A stretch of DNA of 64,000 nucleotides. It comes from Spongospora subterranea f. sp. subterranea (lineage: Eukaryota). The notes under the pieces were generated by a model. It made no database searches. It was not told the DNA's origin and was given only the letters and a program-made list of their open reading frames with translations. Shown piece after piece: positions 1 through 11,415 of the stretch (position 1 is its first letter; the number at the start of each line of letters is the position of its first letter). A program made the translations under genes and the position numbers. The stretch spans positions 1 through 64,000 of the forward strand of contig JAUGWO010000034.1 in NCBI GenBank assembly GCA_049724395.1, written 5' to 3'.

Positions 1-893
1 AAATAATCGCAGAAAATTGTTAAATGGAATCGTGATCAAATGATTAAAAGCGATGGAGTGTCGATAGGCTATCGACAATACAATATAGGCCGATATTCCA
101 GTCATGATAGGCTATCGACAATACAATATAGGCCAAATATTGATCACGATAGGCTATCGACAATACAAAATAGGCCAATATTTGAGTCATGATAGGCTAT
201 CGACAATACAATATCAGGCCAAATATCCGAGTCACGATAGGCTATCGACAATACAATATGGCCAAATATCCGAGTCATGATAGGCTATCGACAATACGAT
301 ATAGCCAATCCGAGTCACGATAGGCTATCGACAATACAATATAGGCCAAATATCCGAGTAGATGATAGGCTATCGACAATACAATATAGGCCAAATATCC
401 GAGTCACGATAGGCTATCGACAATACAATATAGGCCAAATATCCAAGTAGTGGATGGCTATCGACAATACAATATAGGCCAAATATCCAAGATCATGATA
501 GGCTATCGACAATACGATATTGGCCAAATATCCGAGTCACGATAGGCTATCGACAATACAATATAGGCCAAATATTAAGTGCATGATGGCTATCGACAAT
601 ACAATATAGGCCAAATATCCGAGTCATGATAGGCTATCGACAATACAATATAGGCCAAATATCCGAGTCACGATAGGCTATCGACAAGACTGCTACGCTG
701 CCTCATCAGCCTGATTAGAGTGCACCGCACTTCTAAGTAGAGCGGTACTGTATATCTCTTGAGTGCACGGCTGACTTTTTTCTCCGCGCGAGATGCTTGG
801 ACACTCGCACAATAAGGTACACTAATGACTGTGACACAGTCAATTCATTGCAAAACTATATCGCACAGTGCGCTCCATAGACCTTCAGTATAC
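1..893. repeat. Left arm of a long inverted repeat (partner 7056-7516); may extend beyond the window start
   Basis: 1-60 (aaataatcgcagaaaattgtt...cgatggagtgtcg) is the reverse complement of ~7452-7516, and 686-893 is the reverse complement of ~7056-7263. Confidence 0.9.
62..686. repeat. 44-bp tandem repeat, ~14 noisy copies
   Basis: Unit gataggctatcgacaatacaatataggccaaatatccgagtca(t/c); period 44 measured on the cleaner inverted copy (7267 to 7311). Confidence 0.95.
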
Positions 894-1385
894 AGTGGTA
901 TCGGATCTATCGGAAACTGGTTAACTATGATATGCCGAGACGTCTTTTCGAAAGCGTTAACATCAAAAGCACTGCGAGTACTTTGAAAGACTAATAATGC
1001 AAACTACTCTATTTTATTCCATGTAGCAAATAGGGGTCAGCATTTATTTTAAACTTGAATTCTTTCAACACACGCAAAATATTGAATTAAACACTTAACA
1101 TCATGTATTTATGATTTTGCTCATCCACCGTTTGAAAATAAAATGTCCTTAACGGTTCAATTATCTATTGTTTTTGAAGCACTATCGCTAGCACTTCGAT
1201 GCTGGTCGCTTTGGAAAATGGGAAAGGGTTTTGGCTCTAATCGCATACTGTTCATCACTTCAACTCCTCCATCGCCGATTCGGGATCAGTAATCGCTGTC
1301 ACTAGACTCGGATGGATTAGACATTGGACGAGTTAATGCTTCGCTCGCTTGTTCGCAGCAATAACGATTCAGGCCGGACAACCTT
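785..1385. repeat. Direct repeat of ~5945-6540
   Basis: Shared text from acactcgcacaataaggtacac through gattcaggccggacaacct; near-identical in the first half, diverged in the second. Confidence 0.9.
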
Positions 1386-1491
1386 TAATTAGTTGTGGTC
1401 TATCGCAAATTCGGCGTCCGGTGATGTTTATCCAGACGACTTTAATGAATCGTAGCAACGAGGTATACCAATAGCTGTTTTGTCGTTAATG

Positions 1492-1646
1492 TGTTGTCAA
1501 ATATACTGGCAACAATAACCCCGCGTAGTGGACTCTGAAGAGGTTAAAGCAATAATGAGAATGACCAGCCAGAGGTCATTCTTGTCGGGAAACTGCTCGG
1601 AACTGGGCGAAGCCGCCGAATGTGAATAATGGGAGTGTTCCTAACA
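1492..1646 (-). repeat. Putative 3' LTR of the Ty3/gypsy element
   Basis: aatgaccagc..gaggtc.ttcttgtc...gggagtgttcct is shared with 5341-5428; starts TGTTA on the minus strand directly after the PPT; left boundary uncertain. Confidence 0.7.
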
Positions 1647-4600
1647 TCACCCCCTCCATCTGCCCGGCTTGGACGGGTAATCCACATGAAACCGACGAAT
1701 CGTTTCCTTTAAGGCCGGTGCGAAACAACCAAGGTTACGTGCGGGCTCCCACGATCGCTCTGGACGGCGGATACCCTTCCAATCGAGGAGATACTGCAAT
1801 TGATTTCTATACGAACGAGAGTCCAGTACCTCATTGACAATATATAATGGGTCTCTTGTGGTCAGAGTCAAGGACAAGAGGCGGAGGTGGAGATGGAACG
1901 AGCCCTGGGATCTCGTTTTCCTTTGTGTGGGGACAGTAGTGCAGCATGGAATGCGTTGTGGAGCCGACTGTCATGCTGATAGGGATAAGACGGTAGGTCA
2001 TGGGTTGATCATCTCTGTAATGTACGGCCCTAATCTTCGACTATTTCAGCTTAGAACGTTCAGATGAAATACCCTCCGATTTCGACCAAACTTATCGCCA
2101 ACCTTGTAGTTCGGGCAGGTAGTCGTTTCTCATCAGCGAAATGTTTCATATCTGGCGAACCGCGCGTTGTAGTTCTGCCTTGAGGAACATCCGAACTTCA
2201 TTGATGTGGTTTACTCGTTCATCAGCCGATGGAAGAGTCGCAACTGAACACGATGTGGCGTCGTCGAAACGGGGGTGAGAACCATAGACCGCTCCATGGC
2301 GTCATCTTTGTCGCCGAATGTGACTGCGTTATTGTAAGCGAATTCAGCAACTGGCACAAATCCACCCAGTTGTTTTGTTGGAAATTAATGTAACAAGCGA
2401 AGACTGTTCCAACACTTGATTTAGTCTTTCTGTCTGCCCATCTGCGTCTGTTTGTCGCGATGGAGGACAGTTTGCGATCAACCTTGAAGGAGCCAACAGG
2501 TGTTTCCAGAATTTCGAGACAAACTGGGGTCCGCGATCGGAAATGATCTCTCGGGCCCCATGTAATTTGAACAACATTGGTTCAAGAACAAATCGGCGAG
2601 ACTTGCTCCAGCGATGGATTCGGTGCAAGGAATAAAATGGAATTTTGGAAACGATTACCAGTTCTTGCAATCGAGTCACGAGACTTCGGAGCGAAAACAA
2701 TGAAGTCCATGGTAACAGCGTTAAACTTTCTGCGATCAATGGGCAGAGTTGATTCGTGCGGTTGATGGCGACTGGATTTTGCTCTAGCACATGTGTCACC
2801 AGATAAACCTTCGGGAATACTTGGACATTCCAGGCAAGTCTCTCGGCCTTACTGCAAGTGTCGTTATAAAGTACCAGAGCACTCGCTCAAAACAATTGCA
2901 TCGTGACGTGCCTTCAATATGTCACAAGTTTACAATCTTCTCCCACCATACCAGCGAATTTCATCTTTGTCGAGCAAATGCCGTTGTTGTCGAAAACTGT
3001 CGACAACTTGAGCTTGGGAGAGACGTTGGTGGCGGCATGTCCGGGTTGAGTGTTGAGGCACGAGTTCAAACCCCGTGAGTGATTGTGCTTCATGACCCAC
3101 CAAGGTTGCATCCAATACGGAAAAGTAGAGTGAATGTTGAGCACGAAGGTCTGACCACGTGGCCTCAATGAATTCCGGCTGAGCAAGCGAGCTGCTTGCA
3201 GTAAACTCGGAAACTCTGGATAGGCATAATGTAATCAGGTGGACGGTCCCTAGGGTTATTGACAGATATGTTGCTCTTCCAGCTAAGCAATACAACATTC
3301 CTTGAATACAATCAAGCTACTTGTTGTAAGCAGGCGAAATGTAGGGAAGACCTGGCATACACGGCTTAGTCAAATCTCCGTACTGCAGCGATCCGTATGG
3401 CACCATGCATGGAAATGGATACAGGAAGCCTTGAAAATTCTTGGACGAAATGTCCTACTGCTGGTTAAGTTTGAAAACGCTCCTTTTCGATTGAGAAGGG
3501 TTAATCGCACATAATGTAGCTCATAAATTCGTAGGTCAAATGATCCGGTTGAAGTCATAGATCTTCTTTGCACCTTCAGCCACCACGCGGTTGAATTTCG
3601 CTGATTAGAGTATTCGCTATTTTCAACGCATCTGGCATCATCTTCCTGCAATTGACAAACCCACTATCGGTCGGTGCACGATGACGAAAAGACTGGTCAG
3701 ATGAGCTCAATGCCCGAGATCTCTAGTCGTAGTGGCGATGTTGTTGGGTCGCAGCAAAAGAGAGTCTGCTCGCACACATCGATAACGTTCAAAGGTCTAG
3801 GAATGTGTGAGCGGACGGAACCCGTTCGGCAAATGTGGCGATCGATGTAGCACGTTTTTGGCAAAATCGTAAGATGAACTTCGTTCAGTTACGTATTGCT
3901 GCCATGAGCGTGTCTGCAATAAAACTGTCCATAATCTTCTCGGACAAGTTATCCATACCGAACCATTCGGACTGCCCGCTGAGCATTCCATTTGAAGCTT
4001 CGGTTGACGTGAAGTCCATTGTAAACCTCACAAGCAAGTTTGGTAGGATCAGCAGATCTCCTGGTATTGCACAAATGTATCGCATGGAGCGTGTTCGATC
4101 AGTTGGGCAGTCGAATTTGCGATGGTTCAACGAATTGTACAAGAATTCATGAACCAAGGACCCAGAACAACAGTCGGGATTGATATACCTCGCATTGCGA
4201 AGAGGACTATCGCATGGATAAACTTCACCGGGCGAGATGCATCTGATGCGATGGACGTCGACTGAGTACAAGGCTGTTCCATTGCGGATATTCGACAAAA
4301 TTCATCTTAGCAACATCGCACCGGCACTTCGATTTGGCAATAGTCAATTGAGGCACAGTCATTTTCACATCCTCGTTGAGGCCTTTTCGGAGGAGTGTAG
4401 CTGATTCACAGTATGCGATTACCATCAATCATACAGATCTCAGCAGCTGAAAGTCGATAGTTGACTAAATACGTAGCGACTGAACCGTTGACCTTATTAG
4501 AGCGCCTCCAACCTCGTGAAGATTGCATTGTTGGAACTTTGTTCGAATCCTCGAAGATGAAGAGAGAATCGATTCAATCATATGACATCCGCAATCGATC

Positions 4601-5099
4601 AACTGCGAGCATACGGTCCGCATCCCGTCGCTCGAAAATTGGTGAGAACCACAGCTGTGTCTCAGTCCTAGTGTAGAAGGTATTGTGCCAACATCACCTT
4701 GTCGGAATCCGTGGCGTATGTCCGGTTTACGGGTTGATACCGCAACGATAAGACCGCGGAGATGTTTGGCCGCACAATAGGGTACGACTATTGACTGTGA
4801 CACAGTCTAATAATCTGGCAAAAGCTGCTGGTAGTTTGCAAGCCGCTGTTGCTGTTGCTGAGAGTTGCATGGCGACGCCTGGACCTCCGACAAAGGTTGA
4901 GGTTGAACAGAAGCGATGATTTTAAAAAGCCTGTTCTTCTATCATCAAATTCCGCCTCCTAATCTGTCTGATTCTTAGTGCCATCTCGGGTTCCTTTGTG
5001 GATCTTCTGTTCAGTTTCACCAACAATCCTCCAGGTTGTGTGATTATATTCAACATATGCAATCATTAACGGCTCAATTATGCTCTGTTTGCGTTTGAT

Positions 5100-5260
5100 T
5101 TACGTCAACCGAGAGCCTAGAACTTATGCTACGTAAACTATCAGATTGAGAAGTGATTGTACGTAAACCCTGAAGAGATTTGATCGGTACGTAAACCGAG
5201 AGGCGAGAAGTGACGGTACGTAATCCGAGAAGAGAGGTGACGGAGTAAACCGAGAACAGG
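5100..5260. repeat. Degenerate ~29-bp tandem repeat in the retroelement leader
   Basis: About six tacgtaaacc/gagaagtga-type units. Confidence 0.65.
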
Positions 5261-5276
5261 TGAATTCTTGTCAAAC

Positions 5277-5430
5277 TGTTATGGGACTGGAACAGCTTTT
5301 GATATAATCACGTGTGTATTAATACTTTGTAATGGTTGTTAATGACCAGCAGAGGTCGTTCTTGTCCGGGAATGTGCGGCGGAACTGCGGCGAAGCTGAT
5401 AATGCGAGGAATATATGGGAGTGTTCCTGT
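5277..5430 (-). repeat. Putative 5' LTR of the Ty3/gypsy element
   Basis: tgtta terminus at 5277 and similarity to 1560-1642. Confidence 0.6.
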
Positions 5431-5924
5431 CGTTAATGGTTTATTAATACTTGTAATCAGTGGTTGTTAATCGCAAATTCGCGTGTCCGGTGATGTTTGT
5501 AGATCCAGGCATTAATGCCTCTGTTGATGAGAGGTGTACCAATAGCTTTTGGCCTCATCCGTCCCGACACGTCTTTTTCCAAAGCGTCAAAATCGAACGC
5601 ACTGCGAGTGCATTGAAAATATCAAAGTACGCCAGTCACTTTATTTTTAAACGAAGGATGAACAAAATTATAAATACATTATGGTATAAGTTGCATAATT
5701 AGCGAGCGTGATTTGAAAAAAGGTTTCACATAATATGATGAGCAACTTTGATTTGAACCGGAAATAAAATAGAGTAGTTTGCGATGGAGTTCCGAACAAA
5801 TCACAGGGCATTTGATGTTGACGCTTTCGAAAAGACGTCTCGGCAAATCATAGTTAACCAGTTTCTACATGTCAGAGATCCGATACCACAGTACCTGCAC
5901 ATCTTGACTGATACGGTGGCTTTT

Positions 5925-7043
5925 TTCTACCGCGCGCGGTTGGACCGCGCGAGATGCGAGATGTTTGGACACTCGCACAATAAGGTACACTAATGACTGT
6001 GACACAGTCAATTCATTGCAAAACTATATCGCACAGTGCGCTCCATAGACCTTCAGTATACAGTGGTATCGGATCTATCGGAAACTGGTTAACTATGATA
6101 TGCCGAGACGTCTTTTCGAAAGCGTTAACATCAAAAGCACTGCGAGTACTTTGGAAAGACTCAATCGCAAACTACTCTATTTTATTCCATGTAGCAAATA
6201 GGGGTCAGCATTTATTTTAAACTTGAATTCTTTCAACACACGCAAAATATTGAATTAAACACTTAACATCATGTATTTATGATTTTGCTCATCCACCGTT
6301 TAAAAATAAAATGTCCTGTGTACTTGGAATATTTTCGAAGCACTCGCAGTGCGTTCGATTTTGACGCTTTGGAAAAAGACGTCTCGCCATATCCTAAGAT
6401 GGAGTGCATCTCGGAGTTCAACGACTCCATCGCCGATTCGGGATCTTGAGTCTCACTAGACTCGGATGGAACTGCATTGGACGAGTCGCTGCTTCGCTCG
6501 CTTGTTCGCAGCAATGACGATTCAGGCCGGACAACCTCTTGCGTTGTGGCTCTACAAAATGGAATACGTTCATCGCCAACACTTTCAGGAATCGTAGCAA
6601 TGGACGCTACTACAACTGTAGTGTCTGGAATGTGATCGGCGATTACTGATGAATCACTATAGAGGAGTTAAGGTGAAGAACAGTATGCGATTAGAATAAA
6701 ACACCTTTCCCATACAGCCATCTCAGCGACGGCAGCATAAGTGCTAGGCGATAGTTGACTAAACAAAAACCATCAGAGATAATTGAACCGTTAATTATAT
6801 GTAAAATAATCCCCACCTCGAAGATTGCATTGTTGAAACTGAAACAGAAGACACTAGATGAAGAGAGAATCGATTCGGCATGACGTGATCCGCAACTCTG
6901 AACTGCGATCCGCAATCCTCGCTCAGTGCAATATATATCTTTGCATTATTAGACTGTGTCACAGTCAATAGTGTACCCTATTGTGCGAATGTCCAAGCAT
7001 CTCGCGCGGTTGAACCGCGCGCGGTACAACCGCGCGCGGTAGA
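5925..7043. mobile_element. Non-coding MITE/foldback-like unit with ~120-bp terminal inverted repeats and a nested inner IR
   Basis: 5925-6040 is an imperfect reverse complement of 6920-7043; inner IR 6104-6157 vs 6331-6386; no recognisable transposase. Confidence 0.6.
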
Positions 7044-7055
7044 GGGGATAGGCCG

Positions 7056-7516
7056 TATACTGAAGGTCCATGGAACGCACTGTGCGATATAGTTTTGCAA
7101 TGATTTGACTGTGTCACAGTCATTAGTGTACCTTATTGTGCGAGTGTCCAAGCATCTCGCGCGGTAGAAAAAAGTCAGCCGTGCACTCAAGAGATATACA
7201 GTACCGCTCGACTTAGAAGTGCGGTGCACTCTAATCAGGCTGATGAGGCAGCGTAGCAGTCTTGTCGATAGCCTATCGTGACTCGGATATTTGGCCTATA
7301 TTGTATTGTCGATAGCCTATCATGACTCGGATATTTGGCCTATATTGTATTGTCGATAGCCTATCATGACTCGGATATTTGGCCTATATTGTATTGTCGA
7401 TAGCCTATCATGACTCGGATATTTGGCCTATATTGTATTGTCGATAGCCTATCGACACTCCATCGCTTTTAATCATTTGATCACGATTCGATTTTAACAA
7501 TTTTCTGCGATTATTT
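7056..7516. repeat. Right arm of the long inverted repeat, including ~4 copies of the 44-bp unit (7264-7456)
   Basis: Reverse complement of 1-893 with fewer 44-bp units. Confidence 0.9.
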
Positions 7517-7699
7517 CTGTCCAGGTTATGAGGTCGTCATTAAGGAATCTCATGTAAGCTTGCGATATCTTAGTTTGATTGTATTCATGAACAGAGGACT
7601 ACATGAGTGTTGGCTGCTGTGTCGTTGGCCAAGTATGACTCTGACTCTGAGAGTGACTGAGCGAGTAATCTCGAAACACATTCTGTAAATGGTTAAAGA

Positions 7700-8523
7700 A
7701 TGGTATCTGCTTCACAGTATTTGCAAAGTCACCGCCATCGTGACCAACCATCAACGATCTCACCTGTAGACTTTTTGAGAGCACACACGAGCACACCATC
7801 GCAATACGAAAATCTCTCTTCCCCATCCGTAACTAGCCATCATAAGGTTTATCAGATCCCAAAAGCCAAGTTTGTTCATCGACATCGGCACGATCATCTT
7901 GATCAATTTCGGTCTTTGCAGAATTTCAATGGACGACTTGCCAGTGTGAAACTTATTCAAAAATGTTGGAGAACCCATCGGCGCAAGTCCCTTACCGAGT
8001 CAGGTGGTGTAATAAGTAATCCACACCCTACTCAAGTTGCCAAGAAGATGGTTGTGGTTGATGTTCATGACGACCCTCAATTTCCATCTACCAGTCCTTC
8101 CAATGTATATCCCCTATTTACCCTATTTACACGGCCACATGCTAAACATAACATTAGGGGAGTATTAATAATACTGTTGTTCGTCCTGAGTTGAAGTCTC
8201 CATTAACCGCTCTGGTTCCAATATCTGATAATAGGTCAAATTCACTGCCTTTTTGCAACATCGCATGTATTCATGAACTAAGTACGTTTAGAAGTCATGT
8301 CAACTCCAAAGCTACTGGCAATATTCCCAACTGCTGCGATAGATTGCATAAGGAATTGTTGCATCTTCAAGCTGAAATGGCAATTTTGTTCCCAAGGTCA
8401 CCTCATCCAATTGCCAAGTCAAATATTCCCCGGCTGAAACTGCTGCCGACAGCAAGTGTACCAGATTTGAATGCTATTGCCATACTTGAGCGAAACCTCT
8501 CGGAATTCGCTATATCAGGTTAA
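7700..8523 (+). CDS. Hypothetical protein with an IQ-like motif (probably spliced)
   Basis: Adjacent same-strand ORFs 7700-8194 and 8191-8523; ASVKLIQKCWRTHRRK resembles an IQ calmodulin-binding motif. Confidence 0.4.
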
Positions 8524-8912
8524 GATGCATTGCATCGTAAATCATGTGAAATCCTTTGAAACGCCGCCAATATTGCATGTCTCCTTTGGCACAAAAACAT
8601 AAACTGGGAAATGAGTCCACTGATTCAGTGATCCACGACCGTAAACATTTGCGATGATCTGATGAATTCGATGGGTGATTATTGTTTGTAAAATGTATAA
8701 TGCCAGTACTGTATAGTTGCGTGTCATGTGATGAACTCGCTAAAATAGTGTATTACGGCCTCGCCTTACTGGAAGACAGGATACAGAGCAGGGCTGGAAA
8801 AGGCCCGTAAACAAACCAAAAACTTTCAGTGTACAGTATCAACAAGGCACAGTACCGTAGTTTGCAGTTAAATAGCCCCGCAACCCTAAACTTCGTGAGA
8901 AGCTGACCCGGA

Positions 8913-11377
8913 CTCGTGTCTCAAAACAGTAAACTATGGTGCCAGTACTGTATAATTGCGTGTGATGTGATGAACTCGCTGGAAATAGTGTATCATTATG
9001 GTCCCCCCTACTCGTGTCTCAAAACAGTAAACTATGGTGCCAGTACTGTATAATTGCGTGTGATGTGATGAACTCGCTGGAAATAGTGTATCATTATGGT
9101 CCCCCCTACTCGTGTCTCAAAACAGTAAATTATGGTGCCAGTACTGTATAATTGCGTGTGATGTGATGAACTCGCTGGAAATAGTGTATCATTATGGTCC
9201 CCCCTACTCGTGTCTCAAAACAGTAAACTATGGTGCCAGTACTGTATAATTGCGTGTGATGTGATGAACTCGCTGGAAATAGTGTATCATTATGGTCCCC
9301 CCTACTCGTATCTCAAAACACTAAACTATGGTGCCAGTACTGTATAATTGCGTGTGATGTGATGAACTCGCTGGAAATAGTGTATCATTATGGTCCCCCC
9401 TACTCGTGTCTCAAAACAGTAAACTATGGTGCCAGTACTGTATAATTGCGTGTGATGTGATGAACTCGCTGGAAATAGTGTATCATTATGGTCCCCCCTA
9501 CTCGTATCTCAAAACAGTAAACTATGGTGCCAGTACTGTATAATTGCGTGTGATGTGATGAACTCGCTGGAAATAGTGTATCATTATGGTCCCCCCTACT
9601 CGTGTCTCAAAACAGTAAACTATGGTGCCAGTACTGTATAATTGCGTGTGATGTGATGAACTCGCTGGAAATAGTGTATCATTATGGTCCCCCCTACTCG
9701 TATCTCAAAACACTAAACTATGGTGCCAGTACTGTATAATTGCGTGTGATGTGATGAACTCGCTGGAAATAGTGTATCATTATGGTCCCCCCTACTCGTG
9801 TCTCAAAACAGTAAATTATGGTGCCAGTACTGTATAATTGCGTGTGATGTGATGAACTCGCTGGAAATAGTGTATCATTATGGTCCCCCCTACTCGTGTC
9901 TCAAAACAGTAAACTATGGTGCCAGTACTGTATAATTGCGTGTGATGTGATGAACTCGCTGGAAATAGTGTATCATTATGGTCCCCCCTACTCGTATCTC
10001 AAAACACTAAACTATGGTGCCAGTACTGTATAATTGCGTGTGATGTGATGAACTCGCTGGAAATAGTGTATCATTATGGTCCCCCCTACTCGTATCTCAA
10101 AACACTAAACTATGGTGCCAGTACTGTATAATTGCGTGTGATGTGATGAACTCGCTGGAAATAGTGTATCATTATGGTCCCCCCTACTCGTGTCTCAAAA
10201 CAGTAAACTATGGTGCCAGTACTGTATAATTGCGTGTGATGTGATGAACTCGCTGGAAATAGTGTATCATTATGGTCCCCCCTACTCGTATCTCAAAACA
10301 GTAAACTATGGTGCCAGTACTGTATAATTGCGTGTGATGTGATGAACTCGCTGGAAATAGTGTATCATTATGGTCCCCCCTACTCGTATCTCAAAACACT
10401 AAACTATGGTGCCAGTACTGTATAATTGCGTGTGATGTGATGAACTCGCTGGAAATAGTGTATCATTATGGTCCCCCCTACTCGTGTCTCAAAACAGTAA
10501 ACTATGGTGCCAGTACTGTATAATTGCGTGTGATGTGATGAACTCGCTGGAAATAGTGTATCATTATGGTCCCCCCTACTCGTATCTTAAAACAGTAAAC
10601 TATGGTGCCAGTACTGTATAATTGCGTGTGATGTGATGAACTCGCTGGAAATAGTGTATCATTATGGTCCCCCCTACTCGTGTCTCAAAACAGTAAACTA
10701 TGGTGCCAGTACTGTATAATTGCGTGTGATGTGATGAACTCGCTGGAAATAGTGTATCATTATGGTCCCCCCTACTCGTATCTCAAAACACTAAACTATG
10801 GTGCCAGTACTGTATAATTGCGTGTGATGTGATGAACTCGCTGGAAATAGTGTATCATTATGGTCCCCCCTACTCGTGTCTCAAAACAGTAAACTATGGT
10901 GCCAGTACTGTATAATTGCGTGTGATGTGATGAACTCGCTGGAAATAGTGTATCATTATGGTCCCCCCTACTCGTATCTCAAAACAGTAAACTATGGTGC
11001 CAGTACTGTATAATTGCGTGTGATGTGATGAACTCGCTGGAAATAGTGTATCATTATGGTCCCCCCTACTCGTATCTCAAAACAGTAAACTATGGTGCCA
11101 GTACTGTATAATTGCGTGTGATGTGATGAACTCGCTGGAAATAGTGTATCATTATGGTCCCCCCTACTCGTGTCTCAAAACAGTAAACTATGGTGCCAGT
11201 ACTGTATAATTGCGTGTGATGTGATGAACTCGCTGGAAATAGTGTATCATTATGGTCCCCCCTACTCGTGTCTCAAAACAGTAAACTATGGTGCCAGTAC
11301 TGTATAATTGCGTGTGATGTGATGAACTCGCTAAAATAGTGTATCATTATAGTCCGCCCTAACTCGTGTCTTAAAAC
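8913..11377. repeat. 98-bp tandem array, 25 units plus a partial
   Basis: Exact period 98 (unit starts 8913, 9011 ... 11265); three recurrent variable positions; detached degenerate unit at ~8700-8765. Confidence 0.98.
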
Positions 11378-11415
11378 TCTCTATGTTCTACTACTTGACC
11401 CCCATTAGGCAATGA

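Larger units (their letters stand above)
1492..5430 (-). mobile_element. Degraded Ty3/gypsy LTR retrotransposon with chromodomain (chromovirus-like)
   Basis: Integrase core KLHG.REIISDRGPQFVSKFW...DGQTERLNQVLEQ (2344-2799); chromodomain EVLDSR...LQYLLDWKG...SWEP (1647-1877); polypurine tract ggagggggtga next to TGTTAG at 1646; similar ~155-bp terminal segments. Many stops and frameshifts; RT motifs not recognisable. Confidence 0.9.

Noticed and set aside
62..686. CRISPR-like array (conserved dyad with variable linker)
   Set aside because: Linkers are noisy versions of one sequence, the inverted copy is homogeneous, and there are no cas genes in this eukaryotic context
8913..11377. CRISPR array or tandem RNA genes
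   Set aside because: Units are contiguous with no unique spacers; no tRNA, 5S or snRNA motif recognised
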